A stretch of DNA of 57,930 nucleotides, the filler included, from Sphacelaria rigidula (taxonomy: Eukaryota): the NCBI GenBank assembly GCA_964200075.2. It is 9 parts of 9 records of this genome, joined end to end, with 100 filler letters (N's around TTAATTAATTAA, not from the genome) between each part and the next. Parts side by side here need not be neighbours in the genome. Positions count along the whole stretch, not along the records: positions 12,897 to 19,244 come from CAXNAA020020615.1; positions 19,345 to 25,692 come from CAXNAA020020616.1; positions 25,793 to 32,140 come from CAXNAA020020617.1; 6 more parts are not named here. One strand, given 5' to 3'. Numbering within the stretch: the stretch's first letter is position 1; the number at the start of each line of letters is the position of its first letter. Below the pieces are notes generated by a model. It made no database searches, was not told the DNA's origin, and saw nothing but the letters and a program-made list of their open reading frames with translations. This document shows, piece after piece, positions 12,797-25,993 of this stretch. The position numbers and the translations under genes are program-made.

Positions 12797-12896
12797 NNNN
12801 NNNNNNNNNNNNNNNNNNNNNNNNNNNNNNNNNNNNNNNNTTAATTAATTAANNNNNNNNNNNNNNNNNNNNNNNNNNNNNNNNNNNNNNNNNNNN
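12797..12896. other. Artificial contig linker
   Basis: 44N-TTAATTAATTAA-44N. Confidence 0.98.
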
Positions 12897-12976
12897 AATG
12901 ATCGCACAACTGCTCGAGCAGTCCTGCTAGGTACGAAGTTGCACAGTGCAAACACGCTGCCACAGCACAGAGTACA

Positions 12977-13087
12977 GTGCAAACACCATGCGATCACGTA
13001 CCTGGCTAATATGGTGCAAACACCATGCGATCACGTACCTGGCTAATATAGTGCAAACACCATGCGATCACGTACCTGGCCAACATG
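12977..13087. repeat. 37-bp minisatellite, 3 copies
   Basis: gtgcaaacaccatgcgatcacgtacctggctaatatg at 12977, 13014 and 13051, with no spacers. Confidence 0.9.
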
Positions 13088-13746
13088 GTAGGTACCTGGG
13101 CACCAGATCTAACAGGAGCTGTTTTCTGTTACAGTGCACACCTGAATGATGAACGTGGGTTACCGTCTCGCAATCCCTCCAGGTGCACAGCCCCAACAAC
13201 CGCCGCCCATGTGTACTTTGCGCACGCATGTTCGCCGGTTTCAGTCTCGGGACACTTCCCTCTCCAGGAGTGGATCAACAGCACTTACCTCCTGCCTACG
13301 GAGCACTTCGTACACAGCGTGCCCGCTGTGGGTACTGTACGGGACACATTGATCGAACGTGCGGTAATGTAGGATCCCGATCTGGACTTTTTGCATCTTG
13401 AATTTTGAAATTGTGAAAAAACAGTCCTCGTGCACGGAAGCAGGCGCACGTGACATGATGAATCACAGGACGTACCTGTGCTGTCGTGTTAGCACGGAAT
13501 GTGGCAAGCATACGCTGCAGCCAGGTGTCCCAGCTCCGTTCTGCCCAGCTGATGGTCTCTTCGAGTAACCAACAGGCATGTAAGATTCTGGCACCTAAAC
13601 ACGTGATCGTTGCTCAGAGGACCCCACGCTGAACAGAAAGCACGATTGATGCACCACTGTACACCGTATACAAACACAACGCGAAACAGTGCAGCTCTAC
13701 AGCGATGCGACTATGCAGTACTGCTTACATTCTCGATTGTTCACCA

Positions 13747-14176
13747 TGTCGTGGTCTGATCACGAGGTGATACTGGTTTCACTCTCGAAGAACATGCTAT
13801 AGGCCAGGGGTGACACGAGGGCAGCGACTGGCTATGGTAAACAATTGCAGTCGAGAGGAATGATCCTTGAACTCGTGAGTAACAGACCCTCGAGTCCGGC
13901 CAGTACTGCACCATAGAGCAAGCAGGGACTCACTTTCACGTGCAGAAGAGGTGCTCTTGACTTGCTTGCAAGCGAGATGTCTCCATGTGGTGGCTGATAG
14001 CTCTGTTAATAATTAGACTTAGCTAGGTAGCTAAACGAGAGTGACCCGCGTGGGGTGATACTGCATAACCAGACTAGAATATAACCTGACTAGCATACGG
14101 CTGGAATACGACCTATCGCCCATATCATGCACATCGAAAACGCCTGCTACATAGGCGACTGATATCCGCCGTCACA
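13747..14176. mobile_element. Solo-LTR-like repeat, copy 1
   Basis: Begins TGT and ends ACA; homologous end to end with 21261-21708; similarity stops at these termini. Confidence 0.65.
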
Positions 14177-14434
14177 CAAAATCACCTCAACGCCGACCAC
14201 TCTCAAACTTGAATAAATGTACTAGAGATATAGTTTATTTTCTATGACCCAAATCGTCACTCGTAGGTGACGGTTGTATTTTCCGTTGATACTGTATGAC
14301 TCGTTGGATTATTACCGGCCACTTCTGACATAGCGTTCAGCTTGCACTTTCCATGAATATAGTACCGAAGATCTGCAATTTCTACCCATAACTGCACTGT
14401 CTAATTTTTGACCAAGAACGAAACTGCTGTAATA

Positions 14435-14624
14435 CGTGAGAGGACCGTGTGCTTGGAGGACCGCGTTGGAAGTTGAACATCCCTATGGTTGGGGTTAGGG
14501 TTGGGGTTAGTGTTGGGGTCAGGATCGTGGTACCTGCAGGGACTGGCCCGATAGGTTTTGGAAAACGTCGAGACTGAGGTGTTTTGAGCTACGGTGCGGT
14601 CCTCTAAGCACGCGGTCCTCTCAC
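14435..14624. mobile_element. Small TIR element containing telomere-like TTAGGG/TTGGGG repeats
   Basis: ~30-bp inverted termini gtgagaggaccgtgtgcttggaggaccgc / gcggtcctctaagcacgcggtcctctcac; the same terminus recurs at ~56357. Confidence 0.65.
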
Positions 14625-14788
14625 CCACTACACTGTGACCTACGGAGAACGCAAAGGTGCTCTGGAACGGTCTGATGTGTCAACATCCGCTGAGCCCTCT
14701 TCTGGGGGCAAAAACGACGGAGAAAGGTAAAAAAAGAACTCTTCAACAAGTTATATTTTTTTCGATACACAAATAACAAGTAGCCTAC

Positions 14789-15609
14789 GGGCTGCCTTGG
14801 CACTTTTTTTTCGATCGAAAAAAAGGGGCGGTGGAATCGATCTGAGCGAAATTTCTCGTTTTGATGCAGTTGGGTGCAGATGGATTTTCAAGCTTTCGAT
14901 CCAAAAAAGACAGTGAAATTCGTGAAACGGTACATGGTCACTCGTGTAGAGTACAGACAGTCTGTACTGTTTGCACTGCTTGCAAGCAGGGTGTCTTGAG
15001 TACGTGTGTGCGTGTTTCGTGCAGGAGGATATAAGGGAGAAGCGGACAACGTGCAGTGCAGACAGCCCAGGACTATCAGTTCTCTCTGCTTACAATGCAA
15101 CGTGAAATGAACTTGAGCAACGTGCAGCTTTGCACTGCCTGCACTGTCCATGAGCGCGCACGCAACTCGGTTGCGTATCGTACCACGCAGTTCCGTCCCT
15201 CATGCCCACCATGGGAGAAGATGCGCACGTGTTTTCGCCAACAGAAAAAAAACAAAGCACACTCAACTACTGTAGTGTATCTATCCCTGTGCCCAACTCG
15301 TGCTCTACGCTGCAGGGTTGCGGTGGTAGTTGAGAATGAGTTGATTGGAGTTTGCATGGTCCTGTGAACAGGTGTTATTTGGCGTGGTGGTCTGTAAGAG
15401 AGGAGTCAAGTGCCGCTTCGTGCCTTTCGACCGCATGTTTTCGATCGAAAACGATTGTTTTTTACCTCGTTGCATTCTTCTCCGCGCGCCGCTAATTATA
15501 ATTTTGAGTTGAAGCCTTCAAGGAACATGAATGCGGTGGACCTATGAGATCGGCCAAAAATAATTCGACCGCACTTATTAAATCGGAAAAAAAATGCTAA
15601 GACAGGCCC
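14789..15609. mobile_element. PIF/Harbinger-like MITE, copy 2
   Basis: GGGCTGCCTTGG... / ...AAGACAGGCCC termini; high similarity to 4777-5463; TSD not cleanly preserved. Confidence 0.8.
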
Positions 15610-18600
15610 TTACCATGACTTCTTGTGTTGGCGTGATACTCTTCCATCGCACAGGTACTTTTTCACAGCGGTTTACCTTTACCTGTGTGGGTGCAGGGGA
15701 CGGTGCAATCCTGCTGTCAACGCGCAAAGCGTACCGATTGGCAAAGGGTTGCAGTTGGTGATGGCGAATGAGGTGGATCCCGGGGGTGATAGCAGCGACG
15801 AAGCAGAGGCGAGCCCGGATGACGACTGCGGGTGCCGTAGCAGCACACCATCGGAGGAGTCATTTGGTTCGCACGGAGACACGGGAGAGGACATACTGGA
15901 ATGGTACTTGGACCGGATGAAAGATGTGTGAGAGAGTGGTCAACGCACAGGTATGATACCAAGAGCTTCGGCGAAGGAGATTCGCGTCGATAGTCATGCG
16001 TCTTTGTGCCCACTCGTTTATTATGATCCCCAGGCCCGTGCATCGACCGCAACCCCGGAGAATTCTTCTTCTGTTTGATATTGTGTTGGATGGATGGGGC
16101 TGCGGTGGGGTTGCGGTAATTGAATTGTTGCAACCTGTCAAATGTTGCAATCTTTGATTTTGTAACATACGGGGAGCACAATGTGGCTGCCGTAGATGGT
16201 ATTGGAATGTGGCTGTCGATGAGTGAGTTATGGGAAAGAAGACCTCGTGGGAGCTGCGCAAACATGCTGCATCCGATTGATGTCGATCAGTCATGCCGCG
16301 CGGCCACGCCGTCCTATTTCCGGTGCTGTCGTGAGGTACGCCCCCCCCCTCCCTCTCCCTCGGGCTCGAAAGGAACACGACTCTGGCTCGCTGACCCTCT
16401 CTGCGTCTGTTCATCCGCGTGTGCGCTACATTTCGCGTCAGGTGCACCAAAACCGGCGAAACCAGACTGCGAGGCTGCCACGGGTTGTATCGCGGGTGGG
16501 CGGAGACCATGTACACTGCAGGATGTTATGTGATCTCATGGAAGGATCGGCTGTCGTTTATATTATGCGCTCGACATCTCAGATGTGCCCGCCGCGACGG
16601 CGGCGGAGGGGTCAACGGTCGCGCTGTCGTCTCGGCCTTTTTTGCCATAGAAAGTCCTCCGATTTGTTGGGTATCGAACGACGCCGGCGCATCGTGCGTT
16701 TTGATGTGGGCGGTCAGCATTTTATCGAACGTTTTTGCGGCCTGAACTTCCCGCCGCAGCGAAGGATACAGTGTCCATACCATCAGGGTGTTGTGTTGAG
16801 AGCAAGTGTTCTTCCTGAGGAGATGGTGCGTTTTGAAATGGACACGGTCACTTGTGCGGGCTCCTCCTATATGCTACTCCCTGGAAATAGCAAAAAACCC
16901 GGCGCTAGATTGCGCGAGTCATGCATAGAGTCATGCATTCTCCTTCACCAAAAACATGTATCGTTGACGTGACCTTGTGCGATGTCATATCATGGGATTT
17001 TATGGGCTTCATTTCATCTTTGGTGTAATTTTCGGCGATGTATGCGGTCAAGAAAGACCCCGCCCACAAGGGGGCTCGTATCACCTGGAAAAAAGTACGT
17101 CATTACTGTTTTTCGCCGGCGTTGGTTTACGTGTGTGTTTTACTTGTTGCGGAACTGCAATATCCGAGAAATGTTATATTTTGTTATTCCCAAAATGCGC
17201 CGAAAGTGCTACCGGCAAGTCTTGCCCCCAAGGCCATTTCTGATGTGTCAAAGATTTACAAGTATGTGATTGGCTGTTGGCATTTCGCTGTCGATTTTCA
17301 GCCGACGGCAGGGTTGGGCGGATGTTGGCACCTCGGAATAACAACCCTTATTCGTCGACACCATTGTAAAGGACTTTGATAACCCCCACAACACTTTGTT
17401 TGTGGCCGAACCCGCACTCTCCATAACAGGGGCGGTCGCGGAACAAGAAAAATGCAGACCCGAGCACCTTCGCGTTTCGTGTACGCGACAGTTTCGTTTG
17501 CAGCCGAAGTTGCAATTGCAATAACAAACGATAAAGTTGTTGAAAACAAATTCGTTTTCATCTGTTGGAAGCAAAGTCGATGTTTTGTTATGAAAACAAC
17601 TTCGAATTTTTCTTGTGCTTCATGCATTTTATTCAGTAGGCCGCTTGTTCCTGAGATAACAATTTCGGGCGCGACTAGAACCGTGGCATAACCCTGGAAC
17701 GGAAAATCGCTGCGGAACGGTATCAGCGAAGATATACGATCGTTCTGACGTGTCAACCTCCGTCGAAACCTCATCTGCGGGATAATTGCTCATGGGAGGG
17801 CAAACAGGCGATTTCCATCGAGACACATTCTTACACGAGACAAGTGGCCAAACAGATATATTTTCCGTGGTACAACAAAGAAGCACGAAAAAAAGGCATT
17901 CGTTGAACCTGACCTTTATCACGGCATCGACAGAATATTTGGCGTGGACACACACCTACACTGGGGTGCGGTATCGCATCTGCGCGATACCTCAGCCCAC
18001 AGTGCTTCTCGCTGTACACACCATCAGAACGAGAAACAATCGGGGTGTCTTCCATCGCACCCTGCACCCGACGCGATCGCGTACCCCGCAGTTGTTGCCA
18101 TCATACTGGGCGGGTGGCCTTTCGGTGCAAATAGGACGGCGGTAACTCACCCAATCTGTGATATGCGGCGTAACCACACCTCATGTATCTTTTCGAGCGT
18201 TCAGTACTGAATTTTCCACTTTTCAAGCGTTACTTTGTTCGTGGATTCCTCCACCGTGTTTCCACCATCCGGCTTCAAACTTGGCACGTAGATACAGCAC
18301 AACACAGACAGCATATACGCTGTTCGGCGGCACGTGATGGATAGTGCACACAGGGAACAGTGCAAACACGGATTGTGAGTCATGCCGTCCATACGCCCTC
18401 AAAACGGCGTCTCTGCAGCTCAGACTGCGCGACACATCGCTGGATGCATGTTCTGACACGCGGGTGCGTTCACTTCCACGTTATGACCTACTACGCAGCT
18501 TTTGCGCCGTGAAACAAACATCGATCTGTGCTGGCACCCATTGTGAACGGTGACATTCTGTGCGGTGCAACTTCTGGTATTGTCTGTAGAGCTCCTCAAT

Positions 18601-19134
18601 TCAGGAGGCACGGCCGTACACGCGCTGTCAGTATTTTTAGGCGCTGAAACTTCGCCCGCATGTCATGTAGACTATAGGCAACAATCTCATGTTGCTAAAT
18701 CTGGGGTTGCGTTGTGGGTGCGTGCGTATCGGGGCGAAAAGATGTCGGATTCTGTTCCGAAACAAGTTTTTTTTCAGCGCAACACTGTGCAAGCTTGGAG
18801 ATCAACCCCACTTTAAATAGATCAACCGCCACTGAACAGAGCAGGAGCGGGGATATGGAACAACGACCATTTTGTTCCGCCGGTCGTGTAAAGAACCTTA
18901 ATCGTGTTCGCTGAGGTGACCTTGGGTATCCCATTGCCCACACAGATCCCTTTGTCAAACGACTAAGGCAAGCAACAAATGAAGACGTCACCCTCTCCCC
19001 CGCCCCTTTGCTGGTGAGACACCCATGAGGTAGAGTATAAGCCGTGGCTGTCTTTGGAAGTGGCGATGCCAGATAATAAAGCAATTAGCTCACTGGAGAC
19101 TGTCATCCCAATGCAAGATAATCAGTACGATACG

Positions 19135-19214
19135 GGCCGAAAAATCTGAGCGGGATGCAGCTCACCCATCACGCGACTCGCTGAACACACCACGGCGCTT
19201 CACGCTTGGTGATT
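19135..19214 (-). repeat. Dispersed repeat, inverted copy of window positions 1-80
   Basis: Reverse complement matches aatcaccaagcg.gaagcgccgtggtgt...gggtgagctgcatcc. Confidence 0.75.
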
Positions 19215-19244
19215 GAGTGCGAGCCTGGTCCGGCGAAAACCCGG

Positions 19245-19344
19245 NNNNNNNNNNNNNNNNNNNNNNNNNNNNNNNNNNNNNNNNNNNNTTAATTAATTAA
19301 NNNNNNNNNNNNNNNNNNNNNNNNNNNNNNNNNNNNNNNNNNNN
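19245..19344. other. Artificial contig linker
   Basis: 44N-TTAATTAATTAA-44N. Confidence 0.98.
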
Positions 19345-21036
19345 CGGCTTTTGAGTTGAACCTCATTTTTTTTTCAACCCCATTTTCGAGAATCGGCTGT
19401 TAACACATGAACATATGTAGCCCATCGCCCGTGGCTGAAACCGGAACGCTGAACCATTTATTTTTGGGAATGCGGATCGAAATTGGGGCAAAATCGTATG
19501 CTCAATATACGACAGAACAATATGTACTGATGAACTTCAATGAGGACGGCCCTTACACAGACGAGTGGAGTACAGTCGCCGGGTGTGTCATGTAGCCTGG
19601 GCGGATGTTGGTCGACCTCCTCGTCGTGTTTTGAGGAGTTTGATTTATCGGATCCCATCATTCTAAAATTTTAGCGGATGAATGACTCGTCTTGTGCAAG
19701 TGAATTTGTTGTTCCGTGGGCATGCCTTTTCATTTGATGGATATGCATGATTTTCATCCGGTGTTGCGCGTGAATGAACAAATAAACAATTATTGTTTCG
19801 GAACAGAATCTGACCCTCTTTCGCCCCCGGCTGCGGCGCTGCACCACGCAAGCGGAGATGAAATGATATGGGCTTGTTGGCTGTGCTTCACAGGATATGT
19901 GGCCCAAGTTTCAGCGCGTGAAAGCACCCACAGCGCACGTATGGACGTTCCTCCGCACCTCAGCTTCTCTGCAGGCAGTGTGTAACTGGGTTTCGCATAG
20001 ATTGTCATTTTCCAGTGGAAGTCCCAGTAGAGATCGATGTTCGTTTCCCCTTGCTACAGCCGTCGAAGGACTCATGATGTGGATGTCAGTGCACCGGTGC
20101 ATCAAAGCGTGTCGCGAGAGTGGGTGTACGAGTTTTCTGCCGCGGGGAGGCCGTGTGGACGGCGTATGGTCTGTATTACGACAACATCTTCCACCACTGC
20201 GCTAATTTCACGCCGAGACGAAACGTGCCCCCGCCTGGTGTACATGCAGGCTGCATCATACCCAACTCGTGTGTCAATTTTCACGTAGGGTCTTACACCC
20301 TCGGGGGAGAACTTCACAACCAAATTTTCAGTGAAAAACGGAAAAATAATAGCAATAGGCCAGTGAAGATACGGCGGGAACGATTGCGCCGCATATTCCG
20401 CGTGGGGGAACACAGAGCATGTAGCCGTCCTATCCTCACTCTGACTCTCCCGTCTCTCAGTGATGTCCATCCATGTGCAGGAGCCCGCGAGCGCTTTCTC
20501 GGGCTGTGTGCGGAAGATGAAGTCGCGGCACCTCATCTCCCCCATGACACCGCGGACAGTAATGACTGCAACCTAAAGCATCCACCCGGCAGCAGCAATG
20601 TCCATGTTTTCCAGACTGTGAAATAGTGTGTCGTGGACTCAGGGTGTGTGGGCGGGGGGGCGGGAGGTTGTCTGTTTTGAAGACAAATTACTACTTGATG
20701 GCTCTGTTCTTTTGTGTGTGCTGTTTGCCCTCTGCAATGCTGTCGTGCGCTTCCAGCTGAGCGCCCATATCCCTCTGCGGGTTTTCAAAAGCCCCGGTGG
20801 CAAAGTATGAAGGAAATGATACCACCGTCTCGCACAAAGCTCCAAGGGGCATCTCGACCTCAATAATTTTTCATCATATAAAAAATGCCTTGCTGGCCAT
20901 GGGGTGGTAAAGTTGCAACATGGCGAACATATTTGCCTATATGGCGCGGGAGGAGGTGGGGGTGTGCTGCAGCATCTTCCTCCAGCCGTTGCAACACGGG
21001 TGTGGCAGCGTCATCCGGGAGATGATATCATTACGA

Positions 21037-21148
21037 GAGTGATGCTACGGTAGGGGTACAGAAATAATTTCTGAGATTAGAATTGTTAGGAGCCCCTGAA
21101 CCAGACAAAATTTCGCGAAAAAAGTGCACCCCTACCGTAGCATTCCTC
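21037..21148. mobile_element. Sola-like MITE, copy 2 (112 bp)
   Basis: TIRs gagtgatgctacggtagggg / cccctaccgtagcattcctc; 4-bp TSD ACGA. Confidence 0.8.
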
Positions 21149-21260
21149 ACGAGTCAAGCGATGGTAGGAGTGCACATTTTAGTTCAAAATCTTTCTGAGG
21201 CTGAACACGAAGGCTCGCCCACGACATGTGTGGGATGGGGGGAGTCCTGTGGCAAAGAGG

Positions 21261-21708
21261 TGTAGTGGTCTGATCACGAGGTGATACTGGCGTCACTCTC
21301 AAAGCACACGCCCGGCCCGGGGTGACACGAGGTCAGCGGCTGGCCACATTGAACAATCGCAGTCGAGAGGAATGACCCTTGAGCTCGTGAGTAACAGACC
21401 ATCGAGTCCGATAAGCACTGCATCGCAAGGCCAAGCAGGGACTCACTTTCACGTGCAGAAGAGGTGCTCTTGACTTACTTGCAAGCGAGATGTCTCCAAG
21501 TGGTGGCTGATAGCTCTGTTATTAATTAGTCTTAGCTAGGTAGCTAAACGAGAGTTGCTGGGTGCTGGAAGTTGTGTGGGCGGTGGGCTCCGGTCAAGGA
21601 CGCCCGATTGGAATACAACACCAACATGCGAATGGAATAAGACCTACTGCACTTGCCACGCGTACTGCAAAACGCCTACTACACATACAGTCGATATCCG
21701 CCGTAACA
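21261..21708. mobile_element. Solo-LTR-like repeat, copy 2
   Basis: TGT...ACA termini; homologous to 13747-14176; no TSD evident. Confidence 0.65.
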
Positions 21709-24700
21709 TCCCCCTCCCTTGCTTCGTGCACGCTGCTAATAGGCAAGGAAAGTCACAGCTTAGTGCATTCCGGGGGAATTCCCTCTACTTTGTATGCCAT
21801 CAGCCTAAGATTACGGTAGCGACGAGAAAACCGCAGAATTTCGGGGCTAGGATTAACCGCGGGAAAAACTCGTCATGAAATTTGAAGTATGGGCAAAACC
21901 TGGTTTTCAGGAAAAAGCCTCATCGCTTGGGGAAAAACTCTCTCACGCCCTTTCGGGTCATAGCGAGTGCTTTCGCATGTGCTATGTCGTCCCGGGATCC
22001 CAGTTACACTGAAAACAGGAACCACGGAGAATAGCCGGTGACTATTTTCCGATGGTAACGGCGCTTAGATACCCTTGATTGATTTACAGTCCCGGGTAGT
22101 GCAGGACTCGCAAAAAGAGCTGACCAACTAAAAAACCCCGAGAAAGCGCTTACTGGTTGATGGGAGTGCGTAGGCTTTTCTCTCACCGACCAGCAGCAAC
22201 TGGCCTACTGGACACAGGGGGACTCCTATATCTTAGATCAACAGTTCCGTCATGGTACAGTGTCCAAGCAGGTAGTCGGTGTCCCCCCTTTTTGTACCAT
22301 GCTCACTCCACGATATGATATGCTCTACCCGAAAGGGGTGGGGCACCCTAAAATCGGATCAACGTTCTTCGAGGACGAAGAAACGTGATGAACAAACCGG
22401 GTACGTGAAACAAAGGGGAGGATCAGGTCTGACAAAACCAAGAAAATAATAATCTTCATGGAATGCAAGACCGGGAAAAAAAACAAAAAACAAAGGGCGA
22501 TCCAAGATCAACTCCGCGAAAAGATGTAAAGGAAAAGGGAAACCGGAAAATAGTACTGGAGGAACGAACCAGGCCCACAGCAAAAAGAGAAGGGTGAAGG
22601 GAAACTGAAACATGAAATAAGACTAGAAAGGACCCACCACGTCCGTAATACGAAAAAAGCGACTCATGGAACATGAAAACAGTCAAAAATATAGGATTGA
22701 CACGAGAAAAAGGATCAGATCCTACGAAATCAAAAGAAACCAAAACGGGATAGGGAAGAAGAACAAATGGAACCCAGACTAGAAAGAACCGGACAGAGAA
22801 AAAAAGGATGAGGCCCCGAGGAGAAAGTTCTGCTCCGGAAAAACGAGGCAAACAAATCGAGAAGGCGCCCCCCCCAAAAAAAAAATCAAGATCAAACGTT
22901 GTAAGGGGAGAAAATAAAGCCGGGAACGATACATAGTATATAACCGAGCTCATAATCACCGGGAGAACACGAGTGAAAACAGACCCGAAGAGAGTAGAAA
23001 AAAGTTAGTACTGAACAGCTGTTCCAATAAAAAAAAAGAAACAGTGTTGACCTACTGCTCATTACTATATAAAAAATACAAATAGAAATACAGAGCGCTG
23101 CTCGCTCCTGTAATGCATCACAAAACGGTCTCCAGCTTTCCTTCGTACAATGTTCATGTTTTTCTCTGCTTCGCTCGCTCAATGCCATCGACTCGCTCGT
23201 CTGGGTCACTTGCTGCAGCTCTTCACTTGAAGACTTCGCGCAGTCTTCGTCTCATCAATTCTTTCGAAGCGTTCACCGTTGTCGAACACTTGTCCTTTTT
23301 GCTGAGCTCCGTCAATATTCTCTCGGAATGCGAAACCTATGAGGAAACAAATTCAGAACATCACTGCGCGACAGAGGGACATGGCGTGCTCGGGCGGGAT
23401 AGCATCCTTGATGCCTTGGCTGGGTGGTGCAGATGTCAAAGGGCGTGGAACCCGTCTACTCGGGAAGTATCAGGCTTTCCAGGACTCTGCTTCCTGGTAG
23501 CTTGTCTGACATTGCTCCATCCTGGGCCTTTGCTCGCTATTTCCAACCTGTTTTTTTATTTTATTTAGACTCGCGACGGTGTTTCAGGGTGAGGAGGTGG
23601 GGTGTGGGGTTTTCAAAGGTTGGCGTCGCCCCGAGGTCTGGTGTTCAACCAAACTAGGCGGACCCGTCAGCGGTTGAATATCTCAGGTGGGGCAGGTAAC
23701 GGTGTGTGGTTCGACCTATGGCGGACTATCTTGCGCGTACGTATTTTGTGTCCTTGCATCACCACCTCCAGACCGCGTGCCGTCATTAGTCCTTGCCAAC
23801 TTTCCATGTACCGTGCACTAGCGCTACAATTTCCTGCCGTGGCCATCCTGACATTGAGATCTCACCTTCCGGATCCACCACCAGTCTTACCTCGCATAGG
23901 TGCTATTCGCGCTGTTCTACGAAAGGGTCCAGTCCTGCACTCGGTTCTACTTCTTGTGATATAGGTGAAGTTCAGCTTAGATATATGTGTGTTTTCGCGT
24001 CGATACGGCAACTCGGGGAAGGGAGCAGCGTGTCAAGCAATGTGCGCTTGGTTCAAGGGGCCAATGAGACGTGTTCACCCCACCTGACTTGCAAAGCTCT
24101 GACAACATATCCAGCACTCATCCTCCTGGTTTCACGACTGCGTTCTTACCGCGTGGGAGATCTGACGCTTCGGAAAGAATGCCTTCTTTCGGTCACCTGC
24201 TCAAATGGGCGACTACCTCCACGCTAAACTCTTCGCCTCTAATCCGCGAATCTTTTGAGGGGCACAGCAAGTTAGGCACATTCTGCAGGGGCATTGCTAC
24301 CCCGTTGACTTGTTTTGATGGCTGTGGAAAATCAACTGGGGATCGAGAAGCGAGGTCAAGTGCCTGCAGATGTATGTGTATGTGAGTGCAACGTTGCCCC
24401 AATTGTTGGCAAGTTGATCACCTCGCCCCATGGGTCTACCGCACGCCCCTACCTGATGGCCGTTTGGCGACTGCTTGACCTCTTGGGCCTCCTGCAACCG
24501 CATGACAGCACATCTTGCCTGATATCTTTCGTACTTATTGACGAACGAGAGCGGTCACGCATCGTGGAAAGGGTGGCGCCTACTGCGAAATTTTCGAGTG
24601 CTAATCAATATCGTGGAACCGCAGACAGGTCCTCAGCATCGACTCCCAGGTATCACTTTTATTTCGTACTCAGATCGCCTCTCACCTACCGTTTCGGCAG

Positions 24701-24714
24701 TCGTTTTCCCCCAG

Positions 24715-25692
24715 GTCCAATGATTATGTGGAGATTCCAGAAACAGTAGAAGGATTGCAAAAGCAGATAGGCAAGGCGTAAGAATACCCTAAGCAATCGA
24801 GAGTGACAGCGAACAGCGAAGGAGAGTGATAGCGAAAGTGAAAATATGCGCGATACTCGTCTGGAACGAGGATGAGAAAAAGCGACTGGGGATCAGGTGG
24901 AAGTGGGGAGGGGGGGACATGTCGGTCCTAGACCAATATACATACCTTGGCGTAGAGATATCAAAACACTGTTCTTGGGATGCACAAATTGACAAGGTAA
25001 TATAAAAGGGTAAGGCACAGATAGGCAGGATGAATGTGATCCTCAGAGACCGGCACCCAGACACCAGGATTGAGATATGTATCCTGACGAACTTGATCCT
25101 ACCACAGCTGGAATATGCAGGAGAAGTATGGGAGTGCAACGTGGAATTGGTGAAGAAGCTAGAACCAGGACAGAGAGCAGCAGCCAAGAAGATATTTGAA
25201 TGCTCGGACCTGCCGGAAAGATTAATTGATTGATTGATTGATTGTCGCACTTCAACTGACCCCCCAGAGGTCCAGCCGTGATCTCATGATAGACGTACCT
25301 ACGAATAACGAACTAAAACACGCTCTGAGAAAAAGGAACAGAAAATAAAAGAACGAAGTATACCAGTAATCGAAAAGAGGAGGAAGTTGATAGACGAAAC
25401 TACCTTTGTGGCAAAGCAATCGAGATCAGAAGTCATAAAGTGGCGCAACGTGAACTGTACAAGGAGGAATAGCACGTGCTAGAGGGGGAAATGCGGGACG
25501 TGAACGAAGGAGGCATAACATCGTCTGATGTATTACGTAAAAGGTTTTTGCGCAGAGTATGGGAGAAAAGTAATGAGCTATGGAAGAAGCGTGATGCGCG
25601 CCGGAATGTTGAAGGTGTCTCTATTACGAGTAGGAGCGGTGCTCCGTCTCGAAAGGGATGCGTGGTCAATGGTCAAACGACTAAGGCAAGCA
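24715..25692 (+). mobile_element. Decayed, internally deleted LINE fragment (end of RT domain and 3' end)
   Basis: Fragments PETVEGLQKQIGKA, DQYTYLGVEISK, LILPQLEYAGEVWE resemble non-LTR RT C-terminal regions and the 40750-43020 copy; shared 3' block at 25630-25692. Confidence 0.8.
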
Positions 25693-25792
25693 NNNNNNNN
25701 NNNNNNNNNNNNNNNNNNNNNNNNNNNNNNNNNNNNTTAATTAATTAANNNNNNNNNNNNNNNNNNNNNNNNNNNNNNNNNNNNNNNNNNNN
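25693..25792. other. Artificial contig linker
   Basis: 44N-TTAATTAATTAA-44N. Confidence 0.98.
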
Positions 25793-25993
25793 GTGAAGAT
25801 TTTGCCTCCCAAAACCATGCACTTTTGGGGGGGGGGGGCTATCGTAGAAAGTGTCTATAGTAGTTGAAAAAAAATATCGGTAAGTGAAGAAAGGGAACCA
25901 TGTTTCGAAGATTTGGTGTAGATACGAAGATTTCAATTTTCCGGGTTTCTCATCGCCAATAAGAGATCCATCCCCAATTTGTAAGATCCCGTG

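Noticed and set aside
12977..13087. 37-bp repeats as a CRISPR array
   Set aside because: Units are contiguous with no spacers, there are no cas genes, and the context is eukaryotic.
23200..24510. Possible minus-strand exons (e.g. 24196-24364)
   Set aside because: Some splice-like sites exist, but no consistent open multi-exon model or recognisable protein could be built.
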